In this document: positions 46,775 to 52,071 of the stretch, one piece after another
Numbering within the stretch: the first letter of the stretch is position 1
Layout: each line of letters opens with the position of its first letter
DNA from: a virus
Lineage: Duplodnaviria; Caudoviricetes
DNA length: 52,071 nt
Strand: one strand, 5' to 3'
Virus record (IMG/VR): IMGVR_UViG_3300030329_003799
Location: 1-52,071 of that record
The notes under the pieces: model-generated
The model's database searches: none
Seen by the model: the letters and a program-made list of their open reading frames with translations, nothing else
Told to the model about the DNA's origin: nothing
Made by a program: the position numbers and the translations under genes

Positions 46775-47705
46775 TGGAGAGCAAGTATGGATGTTTCCTG
46801 CAGCCATGGGAGGTATTTTAGCTGCTGTCGCATTAAGGAATAAAAATGCTATAAGTTTAATGTTAGCTAAAGATGGAGCTGGTACTGCAACTCGTCATGC
46901 CGCTAAAATGCACAACGTTGCAAAACCTGTAGGTAGGGTTCATACAAATGTATCTGCTCCTATAGGATATAATATTAGCAATCAATTAGGTCCTTATAAA
47001 AGTGTTATAAAAAATCCTATTCAAGCAGGAAAAAGCATTGTAAAAGATGAGCCTATATGGATGAATCCTGCTATACAAAAAGAATATCTCAGAGATTGGA
47101 GAAAAAGAGTTAATAAAGAGCGTAAAGCACTAGGACGTGGACCTATTAATATGTCAGATGAAGAAATAATAAAAAGAATGAATGAGCGTCAACCTATTCA
47201 TAGGCCTTCTTTTTGGTTAGATACTCAAGAATCTTTAAAAGGCTTTGATAGTACTTATCGTAAAAACAAAGCTGGGTATTCATTTAATAGAAGTGATCCT
47301 ACTGGTAAGGCTAAATACGATGAAGTAGTTAATATTGTTAAAAGAAGAGATGCAACTAATACAAAACAAGGTTATCATTCTGTTATGGGAGGATTCAAAG
47401 ATGATTTGTATATAGATGGCAAAAGAATGTATGAAGATGTTTGGGACGTTGCATTGAATCCGAATGAAGTAAAAACTCGTAAAGACATGTGGAAGCAATT
47501 ATGGCATAATGTAAAAACAGGGAAGCCTAATATGAATGATAATAAATTCAATCAACATCTTCCTAATTTAACTGTTAAAGAAAGAATTGATGAAAGTAAA
47601 GATTTATTAATTCAATTAGCTAGGTTAGAAAGTAGAAATCTTTATAGTAAGATTACTGACCCTGTTACTCTTCGTGGTGTGATAAACGAGAAAGATCTTT
47701 TGTAG
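46755..47705 (+). CDS. Hypothetical basic protein, last gene of the rightward arm
   Basis: 316-aa ORF overlapping the RNAP stop; hydrophobic N-terminal segment. Confidence 0.65.
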   Translation: MMSQQNSGEQVWMFPAAMGGILAAVALRNKNAISLMLAKDGAGTATRHAAKMHNVAKPVGRVHTNVSAPIGYNISNQLGPYKSVIKNPIQAGKSIVKDEPIWMNPAIQKEYLRDWRKRVNKERKALGRGPINMSDEEIIKRMNERQPIHRPSFWLDTQESLKGFDSTYRKNKAGYSFNRSDPTGKAKYDEVVNIVKRRDATNTKQGYHSVMGGFKDDLYIDGKRMYEDVWDVALNPNEVKTRKDMWKQLWHNVKTGKPNMNDNKFNQHLPNLTVKERIDESKDLLIQLARLESRNLYSKITDPVTLRGVINEKDLL

Positions 47706-47809
47706 GCAATCCATTCTTAAGGAAAGCTTTCTTTCCATACTTTCTATATTGATATTCTAATAATTTCTGATGTATGTGTGACATAAAATAAAAAAAAAGA
47801 ACTACAGCA

Positions 47810-47971
47810 CTATTGAAGTGCTGCAATTCCTAATATAATAGTTAATATTGGCCATAATATACAAAATATTAATACATTTACCTGTTTATACGTCATTCCT
47901 GATATCGAAGCTAACCATAATAATAATCTCACACAATAGTGAAATATTAAATCGATTTTAGGAGTTTTCAT
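47810..47971 (-). CDS. Small membrane protein
   Basis: MKTPKIDLIFHYCVRLLLWLASISGMTYKQVNVLIFCILWPILTIILGIAALQ; start 47971 avoids a long overlap. Confidence 0.6.
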   Translation of the reverse strand: MKTPKIDLIFHYCVRLLLWLASISGMTYKQVNVLIFCILWPILTIILGIAALQ

Positions 47972-48320
47972 AGCCCAGGTCCGCTGATTCATCATCAGGG
48001 TTCGGCTGGCTTTCGGAAATTTCATCTTCACTAAGTGTCTCCTCATTAGCCTTACGAACTAAAATGCATAAATTTGTTCCGATAATAATATCGTTATCGA
48101 ATGTTTCTATATCACTTCCAGGTTCAATATCTTTGAACCCCTTCTGATCAGCTATAGATAATATAACATCACCAAGGGTAAACTTCCAAGCAATATCTTC
48201 TATTGAATCCTCTCTAGGAGATGGTTCATTGGTAATATTTTCAATATATTTTTTGGCTTCTTTATATCTATTCTCCATCTGGGTCCTCCGTAAATAAAGG
48301 AACAGGCGTTTTAGTGGCAT
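47958..48320 (-). CDS. Acidic hypothetical protein
   Basis: ORF track; GGAGG SD suggests the internal MENRY start. Confidence 0.6.
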   Translation of the reverse strand: MPLKRLFLYLRRTQMENRYKEAKKYIENITNEPSPREDSIEDIAWKFTLGDVILSIADQKGFKDIEPGSDIETFDNDIIIGTNLCILVRKANEETLSEDEISESQPNPDDESADLGYENS

Positions 48321-48654
48321 AGTAATCTCTAGGATTTCTTTCAGACCATTCTTTTCCTTCCTGTATCATTCCCCATAGCATTGTTAAATAAACTATAGCA
48401 TCTATTATTCTGCCTTGTATAGGCTCTCTTTGTGTCTCGTGTCCTTTGACATAATTACCTATACCATCAATATGCTTTAATAAATAGACCATTAAAACTT
48501 GCATTCTATCTAAATTAGTTTGTTTTGCTACTCTTTTAAAGTTGGCATAAACGTCCATACTATCACCAGCATATTCCTTTTGACCTTTTTCATGAGTGTC
48601 GATACATTTAGTAAATATCTCATCCATGATTCTGATTTGTTTTTCAAGAGTCAT
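48268..48654 (-). CDS. All-alpha NTP-pyrophosphohydrolase-like / nucleotide-modification-associated protein
   Basis: K...Y...NF.....KH......E....I.D...Y pattern of MazG/dUTPase-like phage families. Confidence 0.55.
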   Translation of the reverse strand: MTLEKQIRIMDEIFTKCIDTHEKGQKEYAGDSMDVYANFKRVAKQTNLDRMQVLMVYLLKHIDGIGNYVKGHETQREPIQGRIIDAIVYLTMLWGMIQEGKEWSERNPRDYYATKTPVPLFTEDPDGE

Positions 48655-48760
48655 TTTCTTTCTCCAGTTGTTTTCTTAATTCATCATCTCTCTCTTTGGC
48701 ACGTTTCAATGCTCCCCAATCAGGCTCTGTTTTACCTTTAACTAAAGGTTTCCTTTTTTT

Positions 48761-48925
48761 TCAAGGAGGTTTGGGAAGTGTGTCCATTTTCTTTTCCATA
48801 CCCTCTATCTTTCTCTCTAAATTCCTTCGAAATTCGTATTCGCTTATGCTTAATTTTGTTTGTAGAATCTTCTTTACCTGATCTATTTCTTCCTTCAGGA
48901 TTTTTAGTGTCAATTTCTTTGACAT
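48761..48925 (-). CDS. Small coiled-coil protein (54 aa; 93 aa if UGA is read through)
   Basis: AGGAGG SD; MSKKLTLKILKEEIDQVKKILQ...TLPKPP-UGA; not in ORF track. Confidence 0.6.
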   Translation of the reverse strand: MSKKLTLKILKEEIDQVKKILQTKLSISEYEFRRNLERKIEGMEKKMDTLPKPP

Positions 48926-48959
48926 TTTTTCCTCCTATACTAGGGTTATTTCTTGCATC

Positions 48960-49052
48960 TCATCCATCGTTAAAGCCACAATAAGGGCATCCAAATTGAC
49001 ACGCTAGTGCGGAAAGAAATTTTCCACACTGCATGCATTGAGTCATCTTCAT
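48960..49052 (-). CDS. Cys-rich zinc-finger micro-protein ending at a possible Sec UGA
   Basis: MKMTQCMQCGKFLSALACQFGCPYCGFNDG-UGA-D; GGAG SD, ATGA overlap with upstream gene; not in ORF track. Confidence 0.7.
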   Translation of the reverse strand: MKMTQCMQCGKFLSALACQFGCPYCGFNDG

Positions 49053-49255
49053 ATAGTTAACTCCAGATGTTGAGCAATCCACCAGCATCTTCCATTGTCT
49101 GATGCAATTGCGATCGCTTTCTTTTTTCGCTCTGGAGGTGTCATATCCCTATATTCAGGTATAAACTTAGGTAGTTTTTCTGCTTTTCTAGCTATATCTT
49201 TCCTAACGTCTTCTTGCATAGGAAAAGGTTGTAATACGCATTTATCATACGCCAT
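49049..49255 (-). CDS. Hypothetical protein
   Basis: 68 aa, GAGG SD. Confidence 0.65.
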   Translation of the reverse strand: MAYDKCVLQPFPMQEDVRKDIARKAEKLPKFIPEYRDMTPPERKKKAIAIASDNGRCWWIAQHLELTI

Positions 49256-49346
49256 TTTATTTTACCTCTATTTAATTTAAAGTTTGTACAAGACGGTAGC
49301 CTCCTCCACAGAATCTACCGCCTTATACCCGACGAGTTATCACGAC

Positions 49347-49544
49347 TTACTTATCGTTTTGCTCTTTTTCTAATGCTTCTATCTTATCAGATAAAGCAAT
49401 TATTTCGTCCTTCATAGCCATCAAATGATTAGAAATGTTAACGATTGCTTGAGATAAAGCTTCTATTAGCTTTTGTCTATCTGTTTCGTTCGGCCTCTCT
49501 AATGTCTGATTTGACCTGTTCTTGCTGTTGGTGTCTTCTTGCAT
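49347..49544 (-). CDS. Small coiled-coil protein
   Basis: ORF track; heptad pattern; start uncertain. Confidence 0.5.
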   Translation of the reverse strand: MQEDTNSKNRSNQTLERPNETDRQKLIEALSQAIVNISNHLMAMKDEIIALSDKIEALEKEQNDK

Positions 49545-49800
49545 ATGCTTCTCCTCTTGTCTCAGGATACATTTCCTGACACTTTCTTCTTGATCTGCTG
49601 ATATTATAAGGACTTGATATAGTCTTTTCTTTCATATGTTTTAATAGATTTTTGGCACTTAATTTGTCAATATTGACTGGTGGCTTGAGCTTTGTCATTT
49701 GCCACTTCCATATATTGTACGTTAAATCTATATCATTATCAGCTAACGATTTGTTAGCAGTAATAAAACCCCTTACTGCATTTACCATATTAACTCTCAT
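49477..49800 (-). CDS. Hypothetical protein
   Basis: 107 aa, ATGA coupling; ISRSRRKCQE..P..RG motif. Confidence 0.65.
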   Translation of the reverse strand: MRVNMVNAVRGFITANKSLADNDIDLTYNIWKWQMTKLKPPVNIDKLSAKNLLKHMKEKTISSPYNISRSRRKCQEMYPETRGEAYARRHQQQEQVKSDIREAERNR

Positions 49801-50261
49801 CTAAAGATATCTCCTTTTGCGAGTTTTCTTAATACATAATCTCTCATATCTTCTGATTGATGATTTAACCATCCTAATAATCTTTTATAATCTCTATGAG
49901 ACAAACTACCTTTTCTGGTATTACATCTATCACATATTATTTGTAAATTACTAGGAGTACTGTCACCACCATCGCTAAGAGGCTTAACATGGTCACACAC
50001 CATATTCCTAACATCAAGATGTCTTTCGCAATATCTGCATTTATTCCCATAAACCTTAAGAAATAATTTCCTAATTTCATCAACGCTGATTTCGCATTTA
50101 ACTTCATATTCTTTTGATCTCCTCTTTAATGATGATTTCAATGTTACTGATTTCTTCATTAATCTGTGAAAGATTTTCTTGGAAAAATGAGCATGCACAG
50201 GTTTTAACCTAGGCATAAACTTATCTTCCCAAGATTTCATCTTTTTATTCATTGGTATCAA
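49797..50261 (-). CDS. HNH endonuclease
   Basis: CRYC...DHVKP...GG....NL...CDRCN.RKG. Confidence 0.9.
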   Translation of the reverse strand: MIPMNKKMKSWEDKFMPRLKPVHAHFSKKIFHRLMKKSVTLKSSLKRRSKEYEVKCEISVDEIRKLFLKVYGNKCRYCERHLDVRNMVCDHVKPLSDGGDSTPSNLQIICDRCNTRKGSLSHRDYKRLLGWLNHQSEDMRDYVLRKLAKGDIFR

Positions 50262-50430
50262 AGGTTAGAGTGAAATGTGCTAATAGCCTCCATATTCCTA
50301 CTGATATCATAACATAGCTCCCATGATTATCATTCCCATTCTTTATTCCTACGGCAAATATCCACAATATAGTCAACCAAAATCCTGAAGGTATTGTATT
50401 TGCAGAACCTATTAGTTTTAAGTTAATCAT
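50245..50430 (-). CDS. Small hydrophobic hypothetical protein
   Basis: 61 aa, coupled to neighbours. Confidence 0.55.
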   Translation of the reverse strand: MINLKLIGSANTIPSGFWLTILWIFAVGIKNGNDNHGSYVMISVGIWRLLAHFTLTFDTNE

Positions 50431-50990
50431 TATGATCTCCTAACTCTTTTAACCTTTTTAATTGAGAAGCCTGCTATACCCATTCCATTTTCTGCGGCTT
50501 CAATTACAGCTTTTCTGGCGCCTTTCTTATCGACTTCTATCTTAGCTCTTTTATATGCATTAGGGATTGCCTCTTCGTCTATTACCTCGATAGGCCCCCA
50601 TGTTTCATATAATTTATATTTAGCTGTATCAGTCTTAAATACGCCATCGTTTCCTGCAGTTTCTATAATCATAGGTATTAATTCTTTATTAAAATAGTCT
50701 TCAGTCTTTTTGATTGATTTCTTTTTATTTCTCAATCTTGCAACTTCAGTAGTTAATGATGCTATTTCTGCATCAATTAAACTAGATTGTCTCCCCATTT
50801 CTACCATAAAGTAATCAATACCATCTGTTTTATTAGCTATTTGTTTCTTAACAGCTATTATTTTTTGTTCTACGTCAGCAATTGATACTTGAGCATCTAA
50901 GTCTTGAGCATTATTTTCATAATATTCCAAGTCTTGCTCTAAATCAATTAACATGCCTATTAGATCACGCGTCGTCAATTTCTGACTCAT
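50430..50990 (-). CDS. Gp157-like protein
   Basis: Long coiled coil then IEVIDEEAIP..YK.....VDKK......G..IAG motif. Confidence 0.75.
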   Translation of the reverse strand: MSQKLTTRDLIGMLIDLEQDLEYYENNAQDLDAQVSIADVEQKIIAVKKQIANKTDGIDYFMVEMGRQSSLIDAEIASLTTEVARLRNKKKSIKKTEDYFNKELIPMIIETAGNDGVFKTDTAKYKLYETWGPIEVIDEEAIPNAYKRAKIEVDKKGARKAVIEAAENGMGIAGFSIKKVKRVRRS

Positions 50991-52071
50991 GAACCCTCCT
51001 TAATCTAAATGATGGAGTCCATCTAACTTCTGTTTCAAATAGTTCTCCATCTGTATTTTTAAGTAAACTTATGGTCTTCATGTCTTCTTTAGCTTGACCA
51101 TTTATACCTATAACTTTCCTGGATGCATTTTCTATAGCTCCAGAACCTTTACCAGCATATAAATCTAATACTTGACTACGACTATATTCTCTTGATACTT
51201 GAGATACTTGAATTATTATTATATCTCTATTAACTGCAAGAGATGATAAATTATGTGAGATGTATTTAATTTTCTCATACTCTCCTTGATATTGTCGTGG
51301 TGTTTCTACTAAATCTATATAGTCTACAACTACTAATGCTGGTTGTAATTCAGTTATCTTTTGTTCTATTAGTTTAACAGTAGGAGGTGATTCTTGTACA
51401 ACTAAATGCTGTAATAAATCATGATTAGATTCATATAGAGATTCATAATTCTCTTTTACGTAATCTTTATCGCATCCTGATACTATTTGTAGTGATCTTC
51501 TATGTAGATAAGATGCACTAAGTTCTAATGATAGATATAATGTGGGTACCTGGTATTTAGGTTCTATTGTATTACCAGCAAAATCATAACCTAATACTAT
51601 ATTATGTGCTAATGTAGTCTTATTTGACCCTGTTGGCCCAAATATAGTTACTAGTTCTCCAGGTAATATCTCACATTCTTCATCTATCCCTAACATACTT
51701 GATAATTGAATAGACCTTCCACTATAATCTGTTGTCATTCTTTCATGTAAAGCTTCTTGCATATCTGTAGCAGTCTTAACATCTACAATTAAGTCTTTTC
51801 TTTTATAATGTATACATCTAGGATTACAATGTTTATGCATTATAGCATCATTACATCCATATTGTACTCCACTATTATAAACATATTCTACTTTTTCTAT
51901 TACTTGGTCTTCATCTAACATATTATTATTCCAATGTAATAGTGCTGCTTTACATGCTGCTGAATTAATACCGTTTCTTTTATAATGAGATGCTATTCTT
52001 AATATAGTATTATTTCTACTTCCTTCTTGTGGTCCTACATTATACATTCTTTGTACACAAGTAACTATATT
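50965..52071 (-). CDS. Primase-helicase (PriCT-like region plus DnaB/RecA-type helicase), 5' end outside the window
   Basis: EGSRNNTILRIASHY (PriCT-like); Walker A GPTGSNKTT, YLSLE, VVVDYIDL, VSQ. Frame stays open to 52071. Confidence 0.85.
   Translation of the reverse strand, partial: NIVTCVQRMYNVGPQEGSRNNTILRIASHYKRNGINSAACKAALLHWNNNMLDEDQVIEKVEYVYNSGVQYGCNDAIMHKHCNPRCIHYKRKDLIVDVKTATDMQEALHERMTTDYSGRSIQLSSMLGIDEECEILPGELVTIFGPTGSNKTTLAHNIVLGYDFAGNTIEPKYQVPTLYLSLELSASYLHRRSLQIVSGCDKDYVKENYESLYESNHDLLQHLVVQESPPTVKLIEQKITELQPALVVVDYIDLVETPRQYQGEYEKIKYISHNLSSLAVNRDIIIIQVSQVSREYSRSQVLDLYAGKGSGAIENASRKVIGINGQAKEDMKTISLLKNTDGELFETEVRWTPSFRLRRVHESEIDDA

Noticed and set aside
49797-50261. HNH gene as a mobile homing element
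   Set aside because: Free-standing, coupled to neighbours and not interrupting a gene; ordinary for phage replication regions.

Overview
The window is a large part of an AT-rich tailed phage genome with podovirus-type organisation, cut inside genes at both edges. (i) 1-4.95 kb, minus strand: an early/accessory arm holding a ubiquitin-like operon (Ubl ending GG-Q, an E2-like HP..C protein, and a JAB/MPN+ protease missing from the ORF track because it runs off the left edge), small orphan genes, and intergenic DNA packed with stem-loops. (ii) 5.1-47.7 kb, plus strand: a morphogenesis arm with M15 endolysin, terminase, portal, scaffold, major capsid, adaptors, holin-like genes, a tail nozzle/stabilisation protein that appears split over three ORFs, ejection-type proteins, and a 3141-aa protein with a two-barrel RNA polymerase motif (GGADLDGD) and an inserted SLOG-like domain. 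(iii) 47.8-52.07 kb, minus strand: the end of a replication arm (primase-helicase, Gp157-like, HNH, NTP-pyrophosphatase-like) including a tiny Cys-rich ORF whose UGA sits where a sixth Cys is expected, a selenoprotein candidate. All calls come from reading motifs by eye; no database search or folding was run.
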